The notes under the pieces: model-generated
Seen by the model: only the letters and a program-made list of their open reading frames with translations
Databases searched by the model: none
Told to the model about the DNA's origin: nothing
Part shown: positions 42,730-52,561 of the stretch, in pieces
How the letters are laid out: each line of letters opens with the position of its first letter
Numbering within the stretch: position 1 is the first letter of the stretch
Translations under genes and position numbers: made by a program
Assembly (NCBI GenBank): GCA_965203965.1
Contig: CBDBDR010000017.1
Coordinates: 1,088,001 to 1,152,000, forward strand
Source: Thermodesulfobacteriota bacterium
GTDB lineage: Bacteria > Desulfobacterota_D > UBA1144 > Nemesobacterales > JAJCZQ01
DNA: 64,000 bases
Reading direction: 5' to 3'

Positions 42730-42990
42730 TTATTGAATGGCATCGAGAAGTATTGCTTCATCGACAAGAAGAATGGGTATTTCTTCTATTATTGGATAGA
42801 GATACTTCCCATCTTTTCTTATAAGTCCCCCATCCAACTTGCTTTTCACAGGCAGTTTTGAGCGGTTAAAAATTTCTTTTTTTTCAATCAACCGGTTCAA
42901 CTTTTCAATCAAACCATCTCCAGCTATCCTTAGGCTTTGTTGTGTTTCAGGACAGCAAATAATTTCCAGCAATTTTTTATCAATTTCCAC
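42730..42990 (-). CDS. Trm112-like protein
   Basis: LLEIICCPET...L, YPIIEEIPILLVDEA. Confidence 0.8.
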   Translation of the reverse strand: MEIDKKLLEIICCPETQQSLRIAGDGLIEKLNRLIEKKEIFNRSKLPVKSKLDGGLIRKDGKYLYPIIEEIPILLVDEAILLDAIQ

Positions 42991-43081
42991 TTTGAGTATA
43001 TTTTATCAATGTATTAATAACATTCAATATAAATGAACTCAGGAACAAACAGAGCAAGTTTTGCATCAAGATAGAAAGAGA

Positions 43082-44596
43082 ATGGAAAAATATAATAAAA
43101 CAAAAACAACAAAACTGTCCGATATTGTTACTTTAATCTCAAAAACCTTTAAAATTAAAAAAGAAAGAACCGAAAGCAACAACCATACCTATTTTGACAC
43201 TTATGATTGGCGACTGTATAAAAGCGGTCTCTTTTTAACAAAAAGCAACTTTTGCTACACTCTGGCAAAAATTTCAAACGGAGAACCTCTGACCTCCATA
43301 AAGATTAGATTGAAAAAAAAACTCTCTTTCTGGCAAGATTTTCCTGACGGCAAACTTAAAAATGAAATTAAAAACTTAATCGGTGTAAGATCATTGATTA
43401 AACTAATCAGTGTAAGCCATAAAAATCAGATTTTTACGGTATTGAACAATGATGAAAAAATTGTAGTAAGACTTACTTTTCAGGAAATTAAGAGGACAAA
43501 CACCCGAAGAGTAATCAGCCTAATCTACCTGAACCCTGTCAGAGGCTATAACAAAGAGTTTGAAAGGGTTAAGAATATGCTCACGGAAACCGGTTCAACA
43601 CCTGAAAGAAAAGATATACTAGCAATTTCACTGCCATCCGATATTAAACCCGGCTCCTACACCGGTAAGCTGAATATAAAATTACAGTCGGAAATGACCA
43701 CAAGACAAGCGGTCATAGCCATTTTCAGCAAGCTTCTTGACACCATAAAGCAAAATGAAGAGGGCATAAGAAAAAATATTGACACCGAATTTCTGCATGA
43801 TTTCAGGGTTGCAGTGAGACGAACAAGGTCTCTCTTTTCACAAGTTAGATCTACTTTTCCAGTGGATGTAACAAACAAAGCCAAAAGAGACTTTTCCACT
43901 CTCGGTAAAATGACAAACAAATTACGAGACCTTGACGTCTATATTCTAAAAAGACAGCAGTATATACAGATGCTGCCTGGCAATCTGCGTTCCGGAATTG
44001 AACCGATTTTCAACAGACTTGAAATTGAAAGGAAAGAGGAACAGAAAAAATTGGCACTCTATCTTAATTCTCAGCTTTACAAAAATATCATCACTTCTTG
44101 GAATAACTTCCTTGAAAATCAAAATCTGAAACATGTGAGAACCTCAAACTCGGATATTCCCATCATCGTAACAGCCAAAAATTTCATTCTGAAAAAATTC
44201 AAGAAGATAATAAAAACCGGCAAATTGATCAATGATAAAACCCCTGACCCTGAAATTCACAGTCTCCGCATTGAATGCAAAAAACTGAGATACCTCCTCG
44301 AGTTTTTCTCATCATTATTTCCCAACAAGGAAACCACACTTATGATAAACTATTTGAAAAAACTTCAAGACACCTTGGGCGACTTCAATGACCTCCACGT
44401 TCAACAGGAAAACCTAAGATTTTTTCTAAGAAAGATTGAAAATAACAAAGGTAAGAATACCGAAACAATGGCATTAGGAGGGCTCATTACTATCCTTTAT
44501 CAACAACAGCAAGAAGTAAGAAAACAGCTTAATAAGAAAATCGCAGAGTTCAGTAAAGCAAAAAATATAAAACTTTACGATAGCATATTTTCTTGA
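43082..44596 (+). CDS. CHAD domain protein with a CYTH-like N-terminus
   Basis: YFDTYDWRL; EFLHDFRVAVRRTRS, LRDLDV, HSLRIECKKLRYLLE, LQDTLGDFND. Confidence 0.88.
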   Translation: MEKYNKTKTTKLSDIVTLISKTFKIKKERTESNNHTYFDTYDWRLYKSGLFLTKSNFCYTLAKISNGEPLTSIKIRLKKKLSFWQDFPDGKLKNEIKNLIGVRSLIKLISVSHKNQIFTVLNNDEKIVVRLTFQEIKRTNTRRVISLIYLNPVRGYNKEFERVKNMLTETGSTPERKDILAISLPSDIKPGSYTGKLNIKLQSEMTTRQAVIAIFSKLLDTIKQNEEGIRKNIDTEFLHDFRVAVRRTRSLFSQVRSTFPVDVTNKAKRDFSTLGKMTNKLRDLDVYILKRQQYIQMLPGNLRSGIEPIFNRLEIERKEEQKKLALYLNSQLYKNIITSWNNFLENQNLKHVRTSNSDIPIIVTAKNFILKKFKKIIKTGKLINDKTPDPEIHSLRIECKKLRYLLEFFSSLFPNKETTLMINYLKKLQDTLGDFNDLHVQQENLRFFLRKIENNKGKNTETMALGGLITILYQQQQEVRKQLNKKIAEFSKAKNIKLYDSIFS

Positions 44597-44610
44597 AGGC
44601 TATTTGGGTT

Positions 44611-45348
44611 ATGAAAACAATATCGTTATATAGTATGAAAGGCGGTGTGGGTAAAACTGCCGCTACGGTCAATCTGTCCTATCTGACAGCAAAAGAAGGC
44701 TTGAATACGCTGATCTGCGACATGGACCCTCAGGCTGCTTCCACTTATTACTTCCGTATAAAGGGATCCAAAGGATTTAGTTCGGGCAAATTTATTAAAG
44801 GAGGGAAAACCATTGATAAAAACATAAAGGGAACTGATTATCCCTGCCTGGACCTGTTACCATCAAAATTCTCCTACCGTAATTTTGATCTTGAACTGGA
44901 TGGGCTGAAAAATCCCAAAAATACCCTAAAAAAGATTATTCGCGAACTTAAAAGTGATTATGAATACCTGTTTCTGGACTGTCCTCCCGGCATATCACTG
45001 CTATCTGAAAATGTTTTCAATGCGTCGGACATAATACTTGTCCCCCTAATACCAACGACCTTGTCAGTCAGAACCTATCTGAAAATGCTGAAATTCTTCA
45101 AAAAGAACAACCTTAACCACAAAAAGATATATCCTTTCTTTTCCATGGTGGAACAAAGGAAACTAATGCACCAACAGACAATGGATAGAATGAAAAAAAG
45201 GATAGGACATATTCTAAAAACCCGCATACCATATAGATCTGATGTAGAAAAAATGGGTATTTACAGACAGCCTGTATTAGAATTTGCACCACTTTCACCT
45301 TCATCAATATCTTATATTGAACTGTGGGAAGAGATTAAATCACTTTAA
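44611..45348 (+). CDS. ParA/Soj family ATPase
   Basis: Deviant Walker A KGGVGKT, DMDPQ, LDCPP, VPLIPT. Confidence 0.9.
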   Translation: MKTISLYSMKGGVGKTAATVNLSYLTAKEGLNTLICDMDPQAASTYYFRIKGSKGFSSGKFIKGGKTIDKNIKGTDYPCLDLLPSKFSYRNFDLELDGLKNPKNTLKKIIRELKSDYEYLFLDCPPGISLLSENVFNASDIILVPLIPTTLSVRTYLKMLKFFKKNNLNHKKIYPFFSMVEQRKLMHQQTMDRMKKRIGHILKTRIPYRSDVEKMGIYRQPVLEFAPLSPSSISYIELWEEIKSL

Positions 45349-45351
45349 AGT

Positions 45352-45825
45352 ATGTCAAAAGAGATAGAAAGAAAATTTTTGGTTTACAATCCACCTTCAG
45401 ATTATAATAAGCACCCGCACGGAGACATCGTCCAAGGCTATATAGCAATTACTGATGATACAGAAGTAAGAATTCGTAAAAAAAATAACACCTATTTTCA
45501 GACCATAAAAACCGGCAAAGGATTGATAAGGAAAGAAACCGAAGTTGAAATCACACGTGAACAGTTCAAAAAATTATGGCACCTTACAGAAACCATGCGT
45601 ATAGAAAAAAAAAGATATGAAATAAAATATGAAAAAGCTTTGATAGAATTAGATTTTTACGGCGGAAAACTGGCAAACCTCATTGTTGCGGAAGTGGAAT
45701 TTCAATCTAAAAATGAGAGCAAGGCATTTACTCCACCTGAATGGTTTGGGGAAGAAATAACAGAAAACGAGGAATTTAAGAACAGAAATCTTGCCTTGTC
45801 TGGAATCCCTGACTATAAAGTTTAA
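45352..45825 (+). CDS. CYTH domain protein (triphosphate tunnel metalloenzyme)
   Basis: EIERKFLV, QGY, VRIR, IEKKRY, AEVEF, PPEWFGEEIT. Confidence 0.9.
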   Translation: MSKEIERKFLVYNPPSDYNKHPHGDIVQGYIAITDDTEVRIRKKNNTYFQTIKTGKGLIRKETEVEITREQFKKLWHLTETMRIEKKRYEIKYEKALIELDFYGGKLANLIVAEVEFQSKNESKAFTPPEWFGEEITENEEFKNRNLALSGIPDYKV

Positions 45826-45826
45826 A

Positions 45827-45853
45827 ACCCACCCCGGTCTTCCATTTGGCACC
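45827..45853 (-). repeat. partial REP-like element (3' half)
   Basis: Minus strand GGTGCC...GACCGGGGTGGGTT resembles the tail of copies A and B. Confidence 0.35.
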
Positions 45854-46024
45854 AAGCAATGCTTTGGATATTACCAACAAGAATGAAGAGATCAAGGCTG
45901 GGTGCATACAAACGCTGTTCAAGGCAAAATCACTATAAAAACATGGTTACTTGGATTAAAATATACTTCTACTGAAGATATATTACCGGCTTAATATACA
46001 AGATTCTGGATCCCAATCACTAAT

Positions 46025-46058
46025 AAAAAAAAGGGAAGGCTTAAAAAAGCCTTCCCTT
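46025..46058 (-). terminator. Rho-independent terminator downstream of the AmiS/UreI gene
   Basis: AAGGGAAGGCTT-aaaa-AAGCCTTCCCTT with a flanking A-run. Confidence 0.8.
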
Positions 46059-46089
46059 AATCTCAATATTCGTAATTCGTAATACCTAC

Positions 46090-46611
46090 CTATGGCGTTC
46101 CTCCCAAAGGATTCCACTTATCGGTAAGCAGCAGCATACCTGGGATCATGAGAGTAACAAAAGCCTCTATCAAAAATAGGTAAGCCACGGTAGTTGCCAA
46201 GTTTTTACCTTGTGCAAAGGTGAAGAAACAAAGCAAAGTTAATACAGCCCAAGCCCAGCAAAACAAACCAAAATACATTAGACCCGCGCTATAGAAATGA
46301 TACCCATACCAAACAAAAGCCAAGGTAGCAAACAAACAATACCAACCAAGCCCTTTTGCATCATGCCCATGAACAAAAATGGCATACACCATAACGTATA
46401 TTAGGGCAAAGACACTCACTAATGCAGTAGCAGCAGTCAAACCCAAATCGTGCAACTGCCAAGCAGCCATAAGAATTAATAAAGCTACACCAAGGTTAAG
46501 AACCCCAACCTCCTTGGCGCCCGTTTTACCTAGTAGGGTCATACCATTAGCAAAAAACACAAACCCAACTAGTAATAAGACATATCCTAACAATCCTTCA
46601 ATTGGAACCAT
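46090..46611 (-). CDS. AmiS/UreI family amide/urea channel
   Basis: LL.VG.V.F.NG...LG, KEVGVLN, DAKGLGWYCLF, W.WAVL, T.MIPG. Confidence 0.85.
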   Translation of the reverse strand: MVPIEGLLGYVLLLVGFVFFANGMTLLGKTGAKEVGVLNLGVALLILMAAWQLHDLGLTAATALVSVFALIYVMVYAIFVHGHDAKGLGWYCLFATLAFVWYGYHFYSAGLMYFGLFCWAWAVLTLLCFFTFAQGKNLATTVAYLFLIEAFVTLMIPGMLLLTDKWNPLGGTP

Positions 46612-46967
46612 GTCTTCTTGTACCTCCTTTATAATTTTTTACCAATTTTATCAAATTCATTGATGATACTTCACTATCTGTAGATAGAATTTAATCATGT
46701 TTAGAGAGCTTATGTCAAGTGAATTTTAAAACAACAGAGAATAGTAAACAAAGAACAATCTATACAAAAATAATCTAACAGCCTGCAATCATTGAAAAAT
46801 ATTTAGATCTGTAAAACTCCAATGTAGCAAAAAACAAGCTGTTCACGATTGAAAAATCAAATCAAATTGATAGGAAATATTAGAACTGATATTCAAATGT
46901 TCATAAGTTCAGAACTTTGAATAATTAAGACTCTAATTCACAAGAACAACTTGGTTCAAAACTAATG

Positions 46968-47420
46968 TTATGAAACAGTTTCTTCTTTTCTCTGAACTAA
47001 AATTACCCACTTACCCTTCTGCACTACTTCCTCTTTCTGATTGTGGACATTAACTTCAAATATGAAAAACCCCATGTTCGGACGTTTATGATCTTTCTTC
47101 TCAACCAATTTACGGGTTATATGTATTGTATCTCCCGGAAAAACTGCCCCGGAAAAACGCCAATCTTCAAGCCCCATAAATGCAACAGTGGCTAACCGTG
47201 GCATAGTAAACCAAAGACCCGTTGCTATAGACGTAACCAACATTCCATGGGCTACTCTGGTTTTGAAAACTGTCTTTTTGGCAAATTCTTCATCAATGTG
47301 CATGTTGTTGTAATCAGCCGAAAGCCCTGCAAAATTAACGACATCTGCTTCAGTTACCGTCCGCCCGGAGCTTTTATGCTCCACTCCTTCTTCTAAATCT
47401 TCATAAAAAAGCCTAGACAT
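46968..47420 (-). CDS. MaoC-like (hot-dog) dehydratase
   Basis: RTVTEADV.NFAGLSADYN.MH.D, VAHG, VFPGDTI. Confidence 0.9.
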   Translation of the reverse strand: MSRLFYEDLEEGVEHKSSGRTVTEADVVNFAGLSADYNNMHIDEEFAKKTVFKTRVAHGMLVTSIATGLWFTMPRLATVAFMGLEDWRFSGAVFPGDTIHITRKLVEKKDHKRPNMGFFIFEVNVHNQKEEVVQKGKWVILVQRKEETVS

Positions 47421-47508
47421 ATTTACTCTCCTTTAAACTCAAAGCATCCCTATTTAAGAATAAGTAAGGGGTTGGTTTATGAAAAATTTGTATCTATTAC
47501 TAAACTAA

Positions 47509-47934
47509 CTATTGTATCGGCTTAAATTTGGGAAGGGTTACTTCATCTGTAATATCGTCAAATACAACCTCAACTTCCATTCCAACATGAACATCCTTGA
47601 CATCAACGTCAATAACGTTGGACATCATCTTGATCCCCTCATTCATCTCAATTAGCGCCACAACATAAGGTGGGTCACCTTTATAGGCTTTGGTGGGACC
47701 CATATGGTGAATTGAATAAGTCCAGATTTTGCCCTTTCCCTCCGATTTCACCCATTCTATATCATCAGTCATATCTTCACCAGGAGATAAAGCTCTAGGA
47801 TAGAAAAAATACTCTCCCGTGGTTTTAGACCTTGGTATAACAAGCTCATGCTTTTTGCATGCTTCCCAGTATGGTTTTGTTTCCGGTCTGAATTCCGGAA
47901 GCGGTTTGCTATATTCCTTTTTTTCTTCAGCCAT
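47509..47934 (-). CDS. DUF35/ChsH2-C-like OB-fold protein lacking Zn-binding cysteines
   Basis: P...ETKPYWE, FYPR, G.GKIWTYS, PYVVALIE..EG, VGMEVEVVF, LPKF. Confidence 0.85.
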   Translation of the reverse strand: MAEEKKEYSKPLPEFRPETKPYWEACKKHELVIPRSKTTGEYFFYPRALSPGEDMTDDIEWVKSEGKGKIWTYSIHHMGPTKAYKGDPPYVVALIEMNEGIKMMSNVIDVDVKDVHVGMEVEVVFDDITDEVTLPKFKPIQ

Positions 47935-47953
47935 TTTCTATAAACTCCTCTGA

Positions 47954-49165
47954 TTATGAAAGTGCTTCTTTTCCTAATAAAACTGTGCTATGAGCAGAAA
48001 CTATACCTCCGTTGCCATGAACAAGTGCAACTTCAGCATCCCCAACCTGCCTCTTACCAGCTTCTCCCCTTAGCTGTAGTGTAGCTTCAATCACATGGTG
48101 CATTGCTCCCAGATGTGCTTGGGACAAAAGCCCACCATGTGTATTTGTCGGAAGGTCCTTACCAATTTCCATGCGTCCCTCAAGAGCAAATGCTCCCCCC
48201 TCACCTTTTGGCACAAAACCTAGTCCCTCAAGTTCAAGAAGAACAGTTATAGTGAAGCAATCATAAAGATAGGCAAGATCCACGTCAGAGGGTCCAATCC
48301 CAGCCGTCTGGTATGCTTTTTGACCCGAATGATCAATAGCATTGTATATTTGGTCAATATCTTGCAAAGTAGTCAAATACTGATGTGAATAACCCTGTCC
48401 CATTCCCCACAGGTAAGCTAGGTTTTTTTCAATACCAAGTTCCCTTGCCTTATCTTCGGTAGTTACAATAAACGCTGCACCGCCATCTGAAATTATAGAA
48501 CAGTCGTATTTATGAAGTGGTTCAGCAATTACTCTTGAACTTAGTACATCCTCAACTGTAAGCGGATCCTTGTTCATTGCGTTCTCTTTATCTGCGGCGT
48601 GTTTTCTCATAGTTACAGCTACTGCAGCTAAATGCTCCGGCCTGTTACCAAAATCGTGCAGGTATCTTTGAGCCGCGAGTGCATAACCACCTGGAGTAGT
48701 CAATCCATAGGGATATTCAAATTCTGCATGGCACATTTCCCTAATTAATGCAACCATACCCGAGGATGAAATACCGGAAAGTGTGTTGTCGCCTCTCACA
48801 CAGAGAACTGCCTCCGCCTGCCCAGATGCAATTGCCATTGTTGCCTCTGCAACCATCCATACGGCAGTAGCACCTCCAACAGCCACTGAAGAAAAGAATC
48901 CAGGTCTCATGCCAAAATAATCGGCAAAAGTGGTACAGTGCATAAAAGTATTCTCTACCAGAGAAAACGCCGTTACCAACCCGTCAACATCTGATTTTTT
49001 TATACCTGCGTCCTGAATTGCAAGCCTTGAAGCCTCTGAAAGAAAATGAAATGAACTTTTACCTGGTATTTTCCCCTGTTCGGTTTCACCAACTCCTGCA
49101 ATTACTATTTTTTTCTTCTTTAATAACTCACGTGTTTCCCCGATCCCTGGAAAATTGTGTGACAT
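47954..49165 (-). CDS. thiolase-fold protein (SCP2/Ltp2-like; possible aldolase)
   Basis: IAGVGET, DCSIISDGGAA, YLYDCFTI, NTHGGLLS..H, GEAGKRQV; N-terminal nucleophile Cys absent (GGATA). Confidence 0.85.
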   Translation of the reverse strand: MSHNFPGIGETRELLKKKKIVIAGVGETEQGKIPGKSSFHFLSEASRLAIQDAGIKKSDVDGLVTAFSLVENTFMHCTTFADYFGMRPGFFSSVAVGGATAVWMVAEATMAIASGQAEAVLCVRGDNTLSGISSSGMVALIREMCHAEFEYPYGLTTPGGYALAAQRYLHDFGNRPEHLAAVAVTMRKHAADKENAMNKDPLTVEDVLSSRVIAEPLHKYDCSIISDGGAAFIVTTEDKARELGIEKNLAYLWGMGQGYSHQYLTTLQDIDQIYNAIDHSGQKAYQTAGIGPSDVDLAYLYDCFTITVLLELEGLGFVPKGEGGAFALEGRMEIGKDLPTNTHGGLLSQAHLGAMHHVIEATLQLRGEAGKRQVGDAEVALVHGNGGIVSAHSTVLLGKEALS

Positions 49166-49247
49166 AATTTTTCACCTCAAAATATATTTTGCTGAAAATT
49201 AGTTTTTCAAAACACTTATAGTAATGTCAAGATATCAAAAAGTCAAT

Positions 49248-50390
49248 CTATATACCTAACTCTCTGGATATAACAATGCGTTGGATCTCTGAAGTGCCCT
49301 CTGTTAATGATGCGAGTTTTGCGTCCCTGTAATAACGCTCTGCCAGATATTCAACGCTGTAACCGTATCCCCCAAGAACCTGCACGCACTCAGTAGCCAC
49401 TTCCTGAACTATTTCTGCTGAATACAACTTAGCCATAGATGCTTCTTTCAGACATTTTTTGCCATTACTATAAAGCCAGGCGGCTTTATAAACCATCAGT
49501 CTGGCAGTCTCCACTTTTACCGCCATATCAGCAAGTTTAAAACCTATTGCTTGAAATTTAGATATAGGCCTGCCGAAGGCTTCCCTCTCTTTAGAATATT
49601 GCAGTGCATAGTCCAATGCAGCTTGTGCAATTCCAACGGATTTTGCTGCATGTGTAATCCTTGCACCAAGCAGTGTTTCCATGGCACCCTGAAAACCTCC
49701 TTCACCCACAAGCATGTTTACCTCGGGAACTTCACAGTTTTCAAAGATAAGCTCTGATGTATCAGCCGACCTGTGTCCAAGCTTGTGCATCTTCTGGCTC
49801 ACAGAAAAACCCGGTGCATCATTGTCCACAATAAATATACTAATTCCTGTTCCTTTTTTCTCTTTATTAGTATAAGCCGCAACAACCGCATAATCACAGA
49901 TGGTACCGTTTGTAATCCAAGTCTTGGTTCCATTTAGAATGTATTTATCTCCTTTCTTAATTGCAGTAGTTCTTATACTCCTCGCGTCCGATCCTGCAAA
50001 AGGCTCCGTTAATCCCAAAGAACCTATCTTTTCTCCCGTAATCCCAGGTACCAGATATTTTTGTTTTTGCTCTTCTGTTCCAAATTTATAAATGGGAAAC
50101 ATTGAAAGACTTGTGTGGGCATTGACACACATTGCTATACCAGCATTTATCTTCCCCATTTCTTCAGAAAATATACAGTCGGTAATTTTATCCAGACCAA
50201 CTCCCCCATATTCCTCCGGAAAAACTATGCCCAGCAGTCCCATTTCTCCCAGTTTGGGAAAAAGTTCAACTGGAAACATCTCATTTTTTTCTGCATCTTC
50301 TACCAAAGGCTCTATCTCATTCTGCCCAAAATCTGTAATCATATCTTTGAACATTTTCTGCTCTTCGGTAAACTCAAAATCTAAACTCAC
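49248..50390 (-). CDS. acyl-CoA dehydrogenase
   Basis: LTEP.AGSD, LNGTKTWITNG, REAFGRPI..FQ, GGYGY, EGTSEIQR. Confidence 0.95.
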   Translation of the reverse strand: MSLDFEFTEEQKMFKDMITDFGQNEIEPLVEDAEKNEMFPVELFPKLGEMGLLGIVFPEEYGGVGLDKITDCIFSEEMGKINAGIAMCVNAHTSLSMFPIYKFGTEEQKQKYLVPGITGEKIGSLGLTEPFAGSDARSIRTTAIKKGDKYILNGTKTWITNGTICDYAVVAAYTNKEKKGTGISIFIVDNDAPGFSVSQKMHKLGHRSADTSELIFENCEVPEVNMLVGEGGFQGAMETLLGARITHAAKSVGIAQAALDYALQYSKEREAFGRPISKFQAIGFKLADMAVKVETARLMVYKAAWLYSNGKKCLKEASMAKLYSAEIVQEVATECVQVLGGYGYSVEYLAERYYRDAKLASLTEGTSEIQRIVISRELGI

Positions 50391-50605
50391 TTGAACCCCT
50401 CCCGCTGAGTTAAGTTAACTTCGGGAACCCAGTATATCATGCTTGCATATTGTCGCAAGTTAAAACCGAAGAAGGATTTTCAAGTTTTAAGATTTTTAGC
50501 ATTATTGTAAGGATAGAGTATACGTTCCCACTTTGTTAATTGATAAGTATTACGTCAGTTTAGAAGTTCTTAACTTACTTTGAATCTAGCACTGTTTGAA
50601 GTATA

Positions 50606-51016
50606 ATGGCGAAAGGAGCTAAAAAACTCATGAATAAGAAAAAGGTTCTGGGCGTAGATCCACTGAGCTGGATTAAAGAAACAAAAATACAAAAGCCAAA
50701 ACAGTTGGAAAAAAAATTCAAAATAAAAGAAACCTTGGACCCCGATAAACAGACAAAGCCAAAATTTGAAAGCTATAACGTAAAACTTACGATAAGGTTA
50801 AATGAAACCCATCTGGATTTTCTGATAAACCTCGAACGTGAGATTATGAAGGAAAGATCCAAAGAGAGTAGAAAGGAAAGAGTTACAAAAAATTCAATTA
50901 TCAGGTCAATGTTAAACGTTTTTATTGAAAATGAGATTGAATTTGATAAATCAGAGATACCGGACGAGCATGAGTTGACAAAAAGAATTCAAAAAACCAT
51001 TCTTACCCGCTCATAA
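50606..51016 (+). CDS. hypothetical protein resembling ParA-partner/RHH-like proteins
   Basis: Basic N-terminus with LGVDPLSWI; C-terminal KLTIRL...RVTKNSIIRSML. Confidence 0.55.
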   Translation: MAKGAKKLMNKKKVLGVDPLSWIKETKIQKPKQLEKKFKIKETLDPDKQTKPKFESYNVKLTIRLNETHLDFLINLEREIMKERSKESRKERVTKNSIIRSMLNVFIENEIEFDKSEIPDEHELTKRIQKTILTRS

Positions 51017-51029
51017 ATGGAGCACTACT

Positions 51030-52484
51030 CTATTTTCTCCAGAAAATCGGAGTAAAAATGACAAGAACAGTGTACAACTCCAACCTGCCGAGGATCATTA
51101 AAAAACAGAGCCATAATTTGGAAAAACTGGACAGAAATTTATAGGTGTTGGCAGGTCCCAATTCCCCTAAGCCCGGACCCACGTTCCCGATAGATGCCGC
51201 ACATGCCGATAGCGCACCTATAACTGATATATCCTCAACCATCAGTATTAGAAGAACGGACAATACAAATATAAATATATAAAGGATGAAAAAGCTGGTA
51301 ACACTTGATACGGCTTCATCATTCACCACTTTCTGGTTGACTCTTATGGGTAGAACAGCTCGCGGGCTTATAAGTTGACCTATCTCTCTGTAACCCTTTT
51401 TAACTAAAATCAGTATCCGAAGTACCTTGATTGATCCCGACGTTGAACCTGCACAAGCACCTATGAACATTAAGGTAAATATTGCAAAGGTGGAAAATTT
51501 GGGCCAGTCGGCGTAATCCACGGAACTAAAGCCGGTCGTGGTTAGAATTGAGATGACTTGGAAGGATGAATATCTGAGAGAATCAAAAAATGTGTAATAA
51601 TCTGTTATCCAAAGGTCTATACAAACAACAGAAATAAAACCAAAAACCAGAAATACATAAAACCTTAACTCAGAATTTCTGAACACTTCCGAAAATTTGC
51701 CACTTAACAAGAAATAGTGGAGAAGAAAATTGATCCCGGCAATGAACATAAAAAACATTACTAATAACTCAACCAGTAAACTGTTATAGCCACCGATACT
51801 TGTGTTGTTTATCGTAAAACCACCAATAGACAAAGTGCTGAATGAAGTAACAACGGAATCAAATAAAGGCATACCGCAAAGTAGGAGCAGACCAACCAGT
51901 AGAAACGACAGTCCTATATATACGACCCATAGCTTTTTAGCAGTCTCAGCAATCTTTGGTGTCAATTTTTCTTTTACAAATCCTGGGGACTCGAGCTTCA
52001 TAAGCTGCATGCCTCCCACGGATAACTTCGGCAATATGGCGATTCCCAACACTATGATTCCCATTCCACCCAACCACTGGGTAAAACTCCTGTAAAAAAG
52101 TAGGCCTCGTGGTAATTCCGCCAAATCGTTGATAACACTCGCGCCAGTAGTGGTAAACCCTGCCACGGACTCAAACCAAGCATCCACTGGATTTGAGAAT
52201 ATTGATGTGAAGAGATAGGGAAGAGATCCATATAAACTGGCAACAATCCAGCACAAAAAAGCTACAATGAAAGCCTCTTTTCTGCCTAATTCATTTATAT
52301 TTTCTGCTTCTTTATTCAATACTTTCAAAAGCAAGCCCGAAGCTGCCGTTATTAATGCCGTCAATAAAAAGTAGTATTCATCTCCCTCTCTATAGATCAT
52401 GGAGCATAGGAAAGGTATCAGCATCAATACACCTAAAAACTGTAAAAAAGTGCCAACTATGTATAAACAGAGCCTCAGGTTCAT
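51030..52484 (-). CDS. trkH: Trk system potassium uptake protein
   Basis: FESVAGFTTTGAS, QWLGGMG, TTTGF, GACAGSTSG, GNVGPG, GRLE. Confidence 0.95.
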   Translation of the reverse strand: MNLRLCLYIVGTFLQFLGVLMLIPFLCSMIYREGDEYYFLLTALITAASGLLLKVLNKEAENINELGRKEAFIVAFLCWIVASLYGSLPYLFTSIFSNPVDAWFESVAGFTTTGASVINDLAELPRGLLFYRSFTQWLGGMGIIVLGIAILPKLSVGGMQLMKLESPGFVKEKLTPKIAETAKKLWVVYIGLSFLLVGLLLLCGMPLFDSVVTSFSTLSIGGFTINNTSIGGYNSLLVELLVMFFMFIAGINFLLHYFLLSGKFSEVFRNSELRFYVFLVFGFISVVCIDLWITDYYTFFDSLRYSSFQVISILTTTGFSSVDYADWPKFSTFAIFTLMFIGACAGSTSGSIKVLRILILVKKGYREIGQLISPRAVLPIRVNQKVVNDEAVSSVTSFFILYIFIFVLSVLLILMVEDISVIGALSACAASIGNVGPGLGELGPANTYKFLSSFSKLWLCFLMILGRLELYTVLVIFTPIFWRK

Positions 52485-52561
52485 GTCTCAACTACTCCAG
52501 TGTCTCCACGATAGATAATGCATTATCATAGTGAATTATTTAGCTAATTTGATAAGTGTAT

